Translations under genes and position numbers: made by a program
Source: Terriglobia bacterium
GTDB lineage: Bacteria > Acidobacteriota > Terriglobia > JAJPHL01 > JAPKYU01
DNA length: 64,000 nucleotides
Reading direction: 5' to 3'
Assembly (NCBI GenBank): GCA_965223005.1
Contig: CBDCVK010000002.1
Coordinates: 64,001-128,000 of the forward strand
Part shown: in pieces, positions 49,631 to 59,713 of the stretch
Position numbering within the stretch: position 1 is the stretch's first letter
Layout of the letters: each line of letters begins with the position of its first letter
Notes under the pieces: model-generated
Seen by the model: the letters and a program-made list of their open reading frames with translations, nothing else
Told to the model about the DNA's origin: nothing
Databases searched by the model: none

Positions 49631-50076
49631 TCCCCGTCGAAAAAATCCTGCGCGACCCCACTGTGTTGGAGGAAGCCGAGCGGCTGGCACAAGGCGCCGG
49701 CCTCGACGTGCGCGACCTGGCCCAGGTGGTCAACCCCTTCCAGGACGGCTCGCACTTCGCGCGCTCCAGGCGCTGCACCATGGTGCGCTTGCTCGGCGGC
49801 CAGGTCGGCGAAAACTCCGGCGTAGATGTCTACATCAAGGTGCACAGGGAGATTGAGTTCCGGCACAGGATCGTTCCCGCTGGCTTCGATCTGCATGTGC
49901 TGGCCGGTGCGCTGGAGATCATCCGCCAGGAGACGATCACGCCACTGGAGCGCGGCTGTGTGGCTGCGGTAGCAGCCGGTGGAGAAACCCTGCTGCGAGC
50001 CGGCCCCGGAACCCGCTTCGTCTACGTGAACCACCCGCTCCCCGCTTGGATCCGGCAGCGTACGCGGCAGCGCTAG
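49627..50076 (+). CDS. hypothetical protein, possibly cupin-like
   Basis: LHVLAGALEII...LERGCVAAVAAG...RFVYV resembles a cupin beta pattern without the metal-binding His set. Confidence 0.55.
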   Translation: MIPVEKILRDPTVLEEAERLAQGAGLDVRDLAQVVNPFQDGSHFARSRRCTMVRLLGGQVGENSGVDVYIKVHREIEFRHRIVPAGFDLHVLAGALEIIRQETITPLERGCVAAVAAGGETLLRAGPGTRFVYVNHPLPAWIRQRTRQR

Positions 50077-50094
50077 GAGGAAAGTTGGAGGGGC

Positions 50095-50973
50095 CTATTT
50101 GCCGAGCAGGTCGCCGTAAATTTCAGGCTTGCGGTCGCGCACGGCGCCGGAGCCGACGCGCTCGTCGAGGACGACCTCGGCGGTGACGACCTGGTCGTGT
50201 TCGCCGTCGTCGGCAGCAACGACGTTGCCTCTTGGATCGACGATCAGCGCGCGCTTGGGGTGTACGAAGGCCAGCCACACGCTGTTCTCGTGAGCGCGCG
50301 TGCGCATCATGGCGTCGTTCAGATCGTTGTAGTTCCCCCAGGCGGGCACCAGAATGAGTTGTGCTCCCTTGATTGCGAGAATGCGCGAGGTCTCTGGCAA
50401 CTGTCGGTCGTAGCAGACGAGCGAGCCGATGCGGGCCAGCGAGGTGTCGGCGACGGGGAACAGGACACCCTTGGTATTGAAAGGCTCGTCATGCGCGGTG
50501 TGGCTTTTTGAATAGAGTAATGCGGTCTCGCCCGAAGGGTTGATGAGCGCCGTCGAGTTATACATCCTCTCGCCGCGCCGCTCGGCGAAACCAAGGGAAA
50601 GATAGACGCCCAACTCACGGGCGAGCGCGCGGACGCGCGCTAGGATCGGCCCGTCGATCGGCTCGCCGATGGCGAAGTAGCGCTCGCGGGTCGCCTCGGG
50701 ATTCTTCCTCTCGTTGCCGACGTAGCCCTCGAGAAAACCCTCGGGCGTGACGATCAGCTTCGCGCCGCGGGAGGCGGCTTCGCGAGCCCAGCGGTCGAGC
50801 TTAGCGAGGTTGGCCTCCTTGTCCCACACCTTGGGCGTCACACTGATCGCCCCGAGGACAAAGCGCTTGGGCAGTGTGGGCTTCTCCTCCGCGGGGAGGG
50901 ACACGGGGGCGGGGAGGGACACGGGCAGGAGCGCAGCCGAGGTGATCACCCAGAGTAGGAACGCAGCACGCAT
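50095..50973 (-). CDS. secreted carbon-nitrogen hydrolase (nitrilase superfamily)
   Basis: TPEG (E), YSKSH (K), VCYD (C) catalytic triad; signal peptide. Confidence 0.9.
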   Translation of the reverse strand: MRAAFLLWVITSAALLPVSLPAPVSLPAEEKPTLPKRFVLGAISVTPKVWDKEANLAKLDRWAREAASRGAKLIVTPEGFLEGYVGNERKNPEATRERYFAIGEPIDGPILARVRALARELGVYLSLGFAERRGERMYNSTALINPSGETALLYSKSHTAHDEPFNTKGVLFPVADTSLARIGSLVCYDRQLPETSRILAIKGAQLILVPAWGNYNDLNDAMMRTRAHENSVWLAFVHPKRALIVDPRGNVVAADDGEHDQVVTAEVVLDERVGSGAVRDRKPEIYGDLLGK

Positions 50974-51114
50974 CAAGATCATCTTACATCAACCAGAATT
51001 TCCAATTTAAGGTAACAATTCCGACCGAAGTTGTTCTAATAAAGGTTCACAGCCCTTGAGTAGCCTTTAACTAGCCAACCTCCATCCTTGGCGGATAGAA
51101 CATGGCATCTGATC

Positions 51115-51767
51115 TCAGGCCGGCAGGCCCAGGTCGTCGGCCAGGCGGCGGCGCTGCTGGTGGATATTCCACCAGAGGTCACGCGTCGCCTGCTGCATCT
51201 GGTCCACTTTCTTGCGGCAAGTGGCCAGCACCTCGGCGTACTGGGGCGAGCCGGCTACGTTCCGCACCTCTTCCGGGTCCTTCTCCAGGTCGTAAAGCTC
51301 CTCGGCCGGGCGCCTCAGGAATGTCTCCACCGGGCGCCGGCCCATCATCGTGTGCTTGCGCTTCAGGCTTCCCTGCCAGGTCCGGGACGCGAACAGATCG
51401 CTGGGGAAGGGGTAGAGCAATTCCGGGAACAGGTTGCGGATGTACTTGTGGCGGCGCGTGCGAATGCCGCGACCTGGGTAATAGTTGATGACCTCGTGGA
51501 AAGTGTGCGACAGAAACACCTCATCCCAGCCTACGGGATTCTCCTGGTTCAGGATGGGCAGCAGCGAGCGACCGTGCACGGGGCCGTACAGAGGCCCGTA
51601 CAGAGGATAGTCGGGCGGAGGTGCACCGGCCCAATCCAGACAGGTCGGCAACAGGTCCACAAAGTGGGCCAGGGCCGCATTAACCAGCCCGCGTCGCTTC
51701 AGCCGGTGACGGCAGCCAGCGTGGTCCCCCCGAGACTGTCGAGAAATTCACGACGATTGGTCTGCAT
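51115..51767 (-). pseudogene. sulfatase with large internal deletion (Tat leader plus C-terminus only)
   Basis: ATG at 51767 gives MQTNRREFLDSLGGTTLAAVTG*; an out-of-frame segment carries VDLLPT, GRSL, KYIRN, EELYDLEKDPEE. Confidence 0.8.
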
Positions 51768-51811
51768 AGCAGAATCTCCGCAGGTGTTCGGTTGTGCCTC
51801 TCTTCTATTTA

Positions 51812-53071
51812 TTAATGCACGGTCTTACCGGACTTATCCCAGGGCCTCCATCGCATGGCCTGTAGCGTGTAGCCTCTTCCGGTGGGTCGACCGTCACGTC
51901 CAATTTGGCCGTCGCCAGCCACGGTAATGATGGCTCCATCCTTGGCCGCTATGGAGCCTGCGTAGCCATGGCCCTTCATAAGGATGTAGAGCTCTGCTTC
52001 CCAACTCCGGCCTCCGTCCCGGCTGATGCGGGCACGCACGTCGCCGCCCTCCGCGTAAGGGTAACGGTTTTCATAAACGGCCACCACCCCTCCTCCTGGA
52101 AGTAGTGCCAGGTCGCAGTGAGCTTGACCGAACACCCGGTTCAGGGTTCGAAAGTTTTTCCACGTTCGTCCGCCGTCGTCTGAATCCGCTAATTGCACAG
52201 TCTTTCCCCCTAACCTCGAATTGGGGATTCCCCGAATTGCGGCCAGCACCCGAAGTCCCCCCAAGGACAACAGTCCCGTTTCCGCAGCCCTATCCGGAAT
52301 TATGGTGGGATTTCCCCAGGTTTTTCCCTGGTCGGTACTGCGGAAGAATATCTGAGCGGATCGCCCTGCCTGATCGGCTGGAAAATCGGGGTTATACGCA
52401 TCAATCGCCGCCAGAAGAGTGCCATCTCCCAGGGCGATGATGGAATTGCCATCTCCTGCTAAAGCTGCATAGGAAGAAGGAGGAGCTAAGGGCTCGCTGC
52501 TCTCCCAAGTTTTGCCTCCATCCCTGGAACGAGAAATCACCAGTGGATAGAGTTTGTGTTTTCCAGGTGCTACGGCTGGGTTCTCCACATCCTCGGAGGT
52601 CAGGGGCGGCAGTCCACTCGCTCGATGGGCCACGTAAATATATTGACCGACGACGCCAAAGGCTTGGGCCGAAACGGGCTCCTTTTGTGTGTTCGGCAAG
52701 CCCTGGAGTCTCTTGCCAGTCCAGGTTTTCCCCTCATCTCTTGACCAGTAGAGATAGGTCCCGAACCCGGCGTAGATGGTGCCATCCTTGGTCCGGCCGA
52801 CCCTGCCATCCAGGCGCCAACTAGATCCGGGAACGGGCAGTCGCATCCGTTCTGCCGGCAGGATACCGAGGTTTCTGTAGACAGCCTTGAAGTCTCCCTC
52901 CTGTTTCATGTTGGTACCCGGCCTCAAGTAAGGCTCAGCTTCAACCACACGAATCGGATAGTCCAGCAACGGATGGGGATGACTGCTGAGCGAGACGTTC
53001 TGTGCCATCAGGCCGCTTGACAAAACAAGCAGGAGCCCAAGATTGCATATTGACTCTTTTTTAGAATGCAT
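51812..53071 (-). CDS. secreted BNR/Asp-box (sialidase-like) protein
   Basis: Five SxDxGxxW Asp boxes; no FRIP motif. Confidence 0.85.
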   Translation of the reverse strand: MHSKKESICNLGLLLVLSSGLMAQNVSLSSHPHPLLDYPIRVVEAEPYLRPGTNMKQEGDFKAVYRNLGILPAERMRLPVPGSSWRLDGRVGRTKDGTIYAGFGTYLYWSRDEGKTWTGKRLQGLPNTQKEPVSAQAFGVVGQYIYVAHRASGLPPLTSEDVENPAVAPGKHKLYPLVISRSRDGGKTWESSEPLAPPSSYAALAGDGNSIIALGDGTLLAAIDAYNPDFPADQAGRSAQIFFRSTDQGKTWGNPTIIPDRAAETGLLSLGGLRVLAAIRGIPNSRLGGKTVQLADSDDGGRTWKNFRTLNRVFGQAHCDLALLPGGGVVAVYENRYPYAEGGDVRARISRDGGRSWEAELYILMKGHGYAGSIAAKDGAIITVAGDGQIGRDGRPTGRGYTLQAMRWRPWDKSGKTVH

Positions 53072-53416
53072 GACTTTGATCCCCTTCTCTCACCCGGATT
53101 AGGTTTAGCCGGAATTCCCGATTTAAGCTTCTCCTGCGCGGGAAAGCGTACGCCACGCGGCCCTGTTGACTCAAGCTCAGATCATCGCTTCCCTCGTGCT
53201 ACTGCTGCCACTTTCCTCTGGTTGGAACCCTATCGGGTGGCCGCCCCGATGTTTTGGGTGACCTCTGACTCCTCGAATGATTGGAAGCGGACCTCGTCAA
53301 GAGTGATATCCTCAACCGTTCCCTTTTCGCTCTTCTCTTGACGAGCCAGGTTGTGGTTCGGTACAAGCGTCGGTCCCTATAGAATTATAAGGACCGTATG
53401 GAACTTTCAGGACCCT

Positions 53417-54940
53417 ATGGAACTTTCAGGAATTGATACCTTCACTTTTGTCGCCTTCCTCTGCGCCGTCGTTTCAATCTCCTTGTACGCTTCCCGAAAG
53501 GAAGACTCCGCGGAAGACTACTTCCTCGCGGGAAGAGGCCTCAGCTGGTGGCTCATCGGTTTCTCGCTCATCGCGTCGAACATCTCCACAGAACACTTCA
53601 TAGGGATGGCGGGGAAAGGGTATGGCTTGGGCTTGGCCATTGCCAGCTTCGAGTGGCTCTCCGCCCCGGTCCTCGTTTTTATTGCTCTCGTATTGTTGCC
53701 GAAGTTCCTGCGCGCCGGGATTTACACGATGCCCGAATATCTGGAATACCGCTTCGGGCCAACCGCGCGCTCGATTATGGCCGGTTACTTCATGGTGATG
53801 TATGTCGTGGCAGCCATGGCGGGCGTCCTCTACTCGGGTGGGCTCGCCCTGCAAAGCATTTTTGGCGTCGACCTCTACTTGGGCGTCTGGATGATTGGAA
53901 TCCTGGCGGGTGCCTATACGGTCTATGGAGGGCTGAAGGCCGTCGTTTGGTCGGACCTTATTCAGGGAATCACCCTTCTCTTCGGCGGTGCCATTGTCAT
54001 GGTCATCGGGCTTTCCAAGGTCGGAGGCCTCGGATCATTTCTCGCAGTGAATGAAGACAAACTTCACCTCGCGCTCCCCCACGACCACCCCGAGTATCCT
54101 TGGACCATCCTTCTTCTGGGAATGTGGATACCGCAGCTGGGATACTGGGGATTCAACCAGTTCATCACGCAGCGAACCCTTGCCGCTAAGAGTCTTTTAC
54201 AGGGACAGAAAGGCGCGCTTTTCGCCGCATTTCTGAAACTCTTAATTCCCTTGTTTGTCGTCTTTCCTGGAATCATGGCCGCTCAACTCTACGGCGCAGA
54301 AATCCAACAAGGTGATCTGGCGTTTCCTTTTCTCATCAAGAAGCTGCTGCCCGTCGGGTTGAGAGGGATTATTTTTGCGGCGCTTCTGGGGGCAGTGATG
54401 AGTTCTCTGGATTCCATGCTCAACTCGGCTTCCACAATCTTCACCATCGACATCTACAATCGCCACTTTGTGAAAGGCCACGTTGGGGGCCGTCAGTTGA
54501 TCACGGTCGGTCGCATTGCAACCGCCGTCTTTGTCATTTTCGCGTGCATTCTTGCTCCGGAATTGCGCCACTCCAAGTCTATCTACGATTACATGCAGCA
54601 GGTCTGGAATTTTGTCTGGCCGGGAACTGTCGCAGTGTTCTTTCTGGGGATTTTCTACCAGCGGGTACCGCAGGGTGCGGCGGTGCTGGGAATGTTGTTT
54701 TCCCCTCTCGCATACGCCGTCAGCTTCCTGGTATTCGATGTGGTTTTCCTCAACGCTTCAGCTATCGCGCTTATCCTCACGTGCTTGGTGATGCTCGCCT
54801 ACACCTGGTGGAGACCTCTCACCGAAGTCAAGAAGCTCCCTGTCCGCGCAGATATTGATCTAAGGACAACCCCGCAAATCAAGGTCGTCGGCGGGATACT
54901 CGTCCTGGTGACCGTCGCGATCTACATCTACTTCTGGTGA
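53417..54940 (+). CDS. sodium:solute symporter (SSS) family transporter
   Basis: DYFLAGR, ASNISTEHFIG, GGLKAVVWSD, QRTLAAK, MSSLDS. Confidence 0.93.
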   Translation: MELSGIDTFTFVAFLCAVVSISLYASRKEDSAEDYFLAGRGLSWWLIGFSLIASNISTEHFIGMAGKGYGLGLAIASFEWLSAPVLVFIALVLLPKFLRAGIYTMPEYLEYRFGPTARSIMAGYFMVMYVVAAMAGVLYSGGLALQSIFGVDLYLGVWMIGILAGAYTVYGGLKAVVWSDLIQGITLLFGGAIVMVIGLSKVGGLGSFLAVNEDKLHLALPHDHPEYPWTILLLGMWIPQLGYWGFNQFITQRTLAAKSLLQGQKGALFAAFLKLLIPLFVVFPGIMAAQLYGAEIQQGDLAFPFLIKKLLPVGLRGIIFAALLGAVMSSLDSMLNSASTIFTIDIYNRHFVKGHVGGRQLITVGRIATAVFVIFACILAPELRHSKSIYDYMQQVWNFVWPGTVAVFFLGIFYQRVPQGAAVLGMLFSPLAYAVSFLVFDVVFLNASAIALILTCLVMLAYTWWRPLTEVKKLPVRADIDLRTTPQIKVVGGILVLVTVAIYIYFW

Positions 54941-55212
54941 GTTGGGGGCATGTGTGGACCTGCGTTTGCCATTGGGAGCGTTGAGGCAAGTGGCAGGAAT
55001 CATGCCGATTCCCATGCAGCCGCAGACTGTTAGCCAACTAGGCTTGACAAGACTTTGCCGGGGCGTTGCCAACTTTAAGCTCCGCCTTGTCCCCTCTATT
55101 GATTGTCGATAGAATGCCCCTGCGATGGCAGGCTTTACTGCCCAACTGTCGCCCTTGCCCTCGGTCCCCGGCGTGTGACGGCGGCAAATCATTGGTGCTA
55201 GGAAGAATTCTT

Positions 55213-56193
55213 ATGGATCGAGAGAAAGCCCGAAATCGCCTTTCCGGGTGCTACGTGACGGTTCCAACCATGTTCCGCGACGAAGATCTGGCAGTAGACC
55301 TGGAGGCCACCCGGCAGCATGTCCGGTTTCTGATTGATGGAGGCATCAATGAAAGCACCGGCGTCATACTCGCCGTCGGGGCGGCGGGCGATTTTCCCGT
55401 GATGAGTTTCGATGAGCGCTTGCGAGTGGCCGAAGCGATTATCGAGGAAGCGGACGGCAGGATTGCCGTTGTGATGGGTGCGCAGACAACAAATACTCGG
55501 GAGCTAGTTGAACTGGTCCGCGCTGCCGAGCGGCTCGGTGCCGAGTATGTGCAGGTTTCGCCGCCCTACTACCACATGCACACGGAGGAAGATTTTTACG
55601 AATACGCAGTGGCGGCAGCAGAAGCCGCAGACATAGGAATCGTGGTCTACAACACCTTCTGGACGAGCCAGAACGTCTCGCTGAAGATGATTGAACGGCT
55701 TTGCGAGCTGCCCAACCTGGTCGGCCTCAAATGGGCCGTGCCCACCGCGAACTTCATGGAATCAGAACAGGTTATTTCTCGTTTCGCGGATCGGCTCTGT
55801 ATCATCGACAACCAGCTTCGGTTCGTGACCAGCCACATCCTCGGCGCTCGGGGCATCGAGGTTCACATCTGCAACTACTGGCCTCAGTGGGGGGTGCGGC
55901 TCTGGAATCTTCTGGAGAACCAGGAGTACGTCGACGTGCAGAAGGAACTCGTCAGTGTCGCCATGCCCTTCTACACTCTTTGGAAGGAGATGATGGACTA
56001 CACCGGTGGCGACGGCTATCTGGACAAGTTGTGCATGGAACTAGTTGGCCTGCCCTCCAGCCGCTGTCGTCCACCGACGCGCGACGTTCGCGAAAAGTTT
56101 CGGGAGCGAGCCCGTCAGATGCTGATCGAGTGTGGCGTTCCGGGCATCGTTGATGCCCCTGCTCGGGAGGAAAGCGCGCGCCGAGCTTCATGA
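55213..56193 (+). CDS. dihydrodipicolinate synthase / N-acetylneuraminate lyase family protein
   Basis: GAAGDF (variant of GxxGE), PPYY, VVYN, Schiff-base Lys in VGLKW. Confidence 0.88.
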   Translation: MDREKARNRLSGCYVTVPTMFRDEDLAVDLEATRQHVRFLIDGGINESTGVILAVGAAGDFPVMSFDERLRVAEAIIEEADGRIAVVMGAQTTNTRELVELVRAAERLGAEYVQVSPPYYHMHTEEDFYEYAVAAAEAADIGIVVYNTFWTSQNVSLKMIERLCELPNLVGLKWAVPTANFMESEQVISRFADRLCIIDNQLRFVTSHILGARGIEVHICNYWPQWGVRLWNLLENQEYVDVQKELVSVAMPFYTLWKEMMDYTGGDGYLDKLCMELVGLPSSRCRPPTRDVREKFRERARQMLIECGVPGIVDAPAREESARRAS

Positions 56194-57383
56194 ATGTGCA
56201 CACCATGCCGCTTTTCTGGACGCCGCTCTTTAAAATAAGTTTTCTAGCCTCTACGCTGTTGCTGCTGGGCCTCCTGGGGAGCTGCCGCCAATTGGATAAC
56301 GAAGGTAAGGAAATCGAAGGCAAGAACCCTCCCGTTTTTGAGCAGGTGACGGTGTTTTCTGCCGGGGAGGCCGGCTATCGCTGTTTTCGAATACCGGCTC
56401 TAGTCGTTACAGCAGAGGGAACAATTCTGGCCTTCGCGGAAGCTAGGAAAGCAATTTGCAGCGATGACGCGGAGATCGACCTCGTGCTCAAACGAAGTTT
56501 CGATGGGGGAAAGACGTGGCAGGACCTGAGGGTGCTGTTTGACTATGGTTCGGAGGCGGTCAATCAGCCAGCGCCAGTGCTGGACCGACATACTGGCGAG
56601 GTCGTGCTGGTATTCTGTAGGAATAACCAGCGTGTCTTTGTCACGAAAACCGGGAACGACGGGGTCACCTGGTCCGAGCCAGTGGAGATCACCGAGGATG
56701 TCGCCGACCCCGAATGGAGCTATTTCGGGAGTGGTCCGGGTCATGGCATCCAACTGAGCAGCGGGAGACTTCTGGTTCCGAGCTGGGGAGATACGAGCCC
56801 GGGCCCGGCACCCTGGCCCAAACCGAACTGGGGCGCAAAGCAGTTTTCTTACGCGATGTATAGCGACGACCACGGGGTCACTTGGAAGCGTGGCGGCTCC
56901 TTAGATATGGACCTGTCGGATGAGGCCATGGCCGTCGAAACCGCAGACGGTTCCGTTTATATGAACATGCGCAGCCGCCAGGAAAAGAAGATGCGGGCCT
57001 TCGCCTGGAGTAAGGACGGTGGCGTCACCTGGTCGAAGGTGCAATTTGATCAAAGCCTGCCTGAGCCGTCTTGTCAGGGGAGTTTGATTCGCTTCACCGA
57101 CCAAGAGCGGTTCTCGAAGAATCGTGTGCTGCTTGCTCATCCCTCCAGCCAAACTGAGAGAAAACAGCTCACCGTGCGGATGAGCCTCGACGAATGCAGG
57201 ACGTGGCCTGTCTCGAAAGTCCTTTACGAGGGTTCGGCGGCGTACTCTGATCTGGCGATCGCTAATGATAGGACCATCCTTTGCTTGTACGAAGCCGACC
57301 AATACTCCAAGATGGTGCTGGCCCGCTTCAATTTGGAATGGCTGACCGACGGAGCCGATTCGTTGCAACCCACAGTTCAATAA
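56190..57383 (+). CDS. exo-alpha-sialidase (GH33-like) lipoprotein
   Basis: LLGSC lipobox; FRIP motif, FAEAR, Asp boxes, MNMR, AAYSDL, LYE. Confidence 0.9.
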   Translation: MNVHTMPLFWTPLFKISFLASTLLLLGLLGSCRQLDNEGKEIEGKNPPVFEQVTVFSAGEAGYRCFRIPALVVTAEGTILAFAEARKAICSDDAEIDLVLKRSFDGGKTWQDLRVLFDYGSEAVNQPAPVLDRHTGEVVLVFCRNNQRVFVTKTGNDGVTWSEPVEITEDVADPEWSYFGSGPGHGIQLSSGRLLVPSWGDTSPGPAPWPKPNWGAKQFSYAMYSDDHGVTWKRGGSLDMDLSDEAMAVETADGSVYMNMRSRQEKKMRAFAWSKDGGVTWSKVQFDQSLPEPSCQGSLIRFTDQERFSKNRVLLAHPSSQTERKQLTVRMSLDECRTWPVSKVLYEGSAAYSDLAIANDRTILCLYEADQYSKMVLARFNLEWLTDGADSLQPTVQ

Positions 57384-57463
57384 TCGAAACCAACTCGGAC
57401 CTCGTTCCACTACGGCCGGGAGCGCCTACGAAGAGGCGTCTAACTTTCGAGTATCCTTGATTT

Positions 57464-58819
57464 ATGCCGATCCGAGTCAGTAGCTTGACGCCGGTTCCAA
57501 CAGAGCCGGTCGAGACCAGATACCGCCGAATTCGTACACCGATCCCCGTCCCAGAATCGATTGAGTTGATTGAGCGTCTGCGAAAGGTAGAAGCTCGGTC
57601 GATTCACGGTATGCCCCCGGTCGTTTGGCACCAAGCCGAGGGCTTTCTCATCCGGGACCCTTACGGTAACCAGTGGATCGACCTGACGAGTGGCACCGTG
57701 ATGGCCAACTCGGGCCACTGTCATCCGCGGGTGGTGCAGGCGATTCGGGATCAGCTCGACTCCGGGCTCATTTTCACTTATGCATTTCCTGCGGAGGTCC
57801 GCGAACGCGCACTCCAGCGCATCGCGTCAATTGCACCGCCCGGACTGGACAAAGCCATCCTGTTTTCCTCGGGGACCGAGGCGACCGAATGTTGCATGAG
57901 CCTGATGAGGAAACATGGCTTGGCAATATCGCCGAACAAGGTTGGCATCCTTTCCATTGAAAGCTCTTACCATGGCCGAACGCTCTCTGCAAAATTCGCA
58001 GGCGGTTCGCCGGGACGCGCAGACGGCCTGGATCGCGCGTCCGTTGATCAGACACAACTCCCCATTCCGGGAGGTGCGGAATCCCAAGGCTTCGAAGCTG
58101 ACTTGGAGCAGAGCGGGGTCCACCCGGAAACCATAGCGGGCATTATTTTGGAATCCATTCCTGGCTACTCAACGACTCCGTATCCTCAGGGATACATGGA
58201 TGAGTTGATGCGCTGGGCGCAAAAACAAGGGGCGCTCGTCGCGGTGGACGAAGTGCAGGCTGGCATCGGTCGTACAGGCCACTGGTTTGCTTTTGAGCAC
58301 TACGGCATTACGCCGGATCTAATCGCCTGCGGCAAAGGTTTGAGCTCTACCCTTCCGGCTTCGGCGGTTATTGGACGAAAAGAGGTCATGGATCTGGCGG
58401 AGCCAGGTGAAATGTCAAGCACGTTCGGGGGAAATCCTGTGAGTGCCGCGGCTGTGCTGGCAAATCTCGACGTCATGCAGGATGAGAAGCTCGTGGAACA
58501 ATCGGCTGCGTTGGGGCAACAACTGGGTGACATTCTTCGGAAGAAGACGGAGAAATACGGCCACTACGTGAGTAGGCCGGAGGGGCGTGGACTGTTTTAC
58601 TCCCTTCATCTGAAGGATCCTGAGACAGCGGAACCCTTAGCCGAACTTTGCGATGAGATGGCATTGGAGTGTGTGCGAAGGGGAGTCATGTTATTCGTTA
58701 CCGGCAGAGGGTTCCTCAAGTTCACGCCGCCTCTGAGCATCGAGCAGGACGCTCTGGTAGAAGCGGTGGATGTGGTGGGCAGTGTCATCGACGAGATGCT
58801 GCCGCAAGCCCCCACCTAG
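57464..58819 (+). CDS. class III PLP aminotransferase
   Basis: SGTEA, SYHGRT, DEVQAGIGRTG, GKGL, STFGGNP. Confidence 0.92.
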   Translation: MPIRVSSLTPVPTEPVETRYRRIRTPIPVPESIELIERLRKVEARSIHGMPPVVWHQAEGFLIRDPYGNQWIDLTSGTVMANSGHCHPRVVQAIRDQLDSGLIFTYAFPAEVRERALQRIASIAPPGLDKAILFSSGTEATECCMSLMRKHGLAISPNKVGILSIESSYHGRTLSAKFAGGSPGRADGLDRASVDQTQLPIPGGAESQGFEADLEQSGVHPETIAGIILESIPGYSTTPYPQGYMDELMRWAQKQGALVAVDEVQAGIGRTGHWFAFEHYGITPDLIACGKGLSSTLPASAVIGRKEVMDLAEPGEMSSTFGGNPVSAAAVLANLDVMQDEKLVEQSAALGQQLGDILRKKTEKYGHYVSRPEGRGLFYSLHLKDPETAEPLAELCDEMALECVRRGVMLFVTGRGFLKFTPPLSIEQDALVEAVDVVGSVIDEMLPQAPT

Positions 58820-58833
58820 CAGAGGAAGTAACG

Positions 58834-59592
58834 ATGAATACAAATCTTTTTTCCGTCAAAGACAAGGTCGTCATTGTCACAGGTGCCAGCCGTGGCATCG
58901 GCCGCGTCGTTGCCGAAGCGTTTCTGGATTACGGATCGCGTGTCGTCTTTGTCGCGCGATCGGCCGATATGGTCGAGCGCGTGCGTCAGCAGCCCGCAGA
59001 ACGGGCACTCGCTATCCAATGCGATGTTGCAGGACCGGGTGCGGCTGAGCGAATCCGAGACGCTACGGTGAGCAAATTCGGCCGAATCGACGTCCTCATA
59101 AATAACGCGGCAATCGCTTTGGGCGGAGAAGATCCCTACGCTGAAGAAACTTGGGACCGAACACTCAACGTGAATCTTCGCTCAGTCTTCTTGTTGAGCC
59201 GCGACGTCATCGCCGTGATGAAACAACAGGGCAGCGGTTCAATCATCAATTTCTGCAGTGTGGCAGCCCTGCTCGGATTTCCCGATAATCCGTCTTACCA
59301 GGCCGCCAAGGGAGGGCTTCGTCAGCTCACCAAGGCAATGGCCCGGGATTATGCGCAGCACAACATCCGCATCAACAACATCTTCCCGGGCTACTACCTG
59401 ACCGCCATGACGGCCGCGAGCTGGGCCGATCCAGTGAAACGGGCCGCGCGTTCGAGCCGATCAATGATGGAGCGTTGGGGTAAACCTGAGGAGTTGGTCG
59501 GCCCCTGCATCTTTTTCGCCTCGGAGGCGTCGGCATATATTACCGGCTGTGACTTGCCCGTCGACGGCGGTTGGACCGCGAAGGGAATCTAG
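58834..59592 (+). CDS. SDR family oxidoreductase
   Basis: TGASRGIG, NNA, YQAAK, PVDGG; GAGG RBS. Confidence 0.92.
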   Translation: MNTNLFSVKDKVVIVTGASRGIGRVVAEAFLDYGSRVVFVARSADMVERVRQQPAERALAIQCDVAGPGAAERIRDATVSKFGRIDVLINNAAIALGGEDPYAEETWDRTLNVNLRSVFLLSRDVIAVMKQQGSGSIINFCSVAALLGFPDNPSYQAAKGGLRQLTKAMARDYAQHNIRINNIFPGYYLTAMTAASWADPVKRAARSSRSMMERWGKPEELVGPCIFFASEASAYITGCDLPVDGGWTAKGI

Positions 59593-59713
59593 GGCGAACG
59601 TCAAGCTGGACCCCGCCGCTTGGGTCAAGCAGAAACCTACAGACGCTTCAACTTGCGAAGGGTTTCGTCACGATTTGTTATAACGGCAGAGCATCAGCGA
59701 AAGGCTGATAACT

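Noticed and set aside
49627-50076. ImmA/IrrE anti-repressor protease
   Set aside because: No HExxH motif
53293-53345. 11-bp inverted repeat CTCGTCAAGAG/CTCTTGACGAG as a terminator
   Set aside because: About 30-nt loop and no U-tract; it lies in what reads as a minus-strand gene-tail relic
58669-58833. N-terminal extension of the SDR ORF
   Set aside because: Overlaps the aminotransferase; the RBS supports the ATG at 58834
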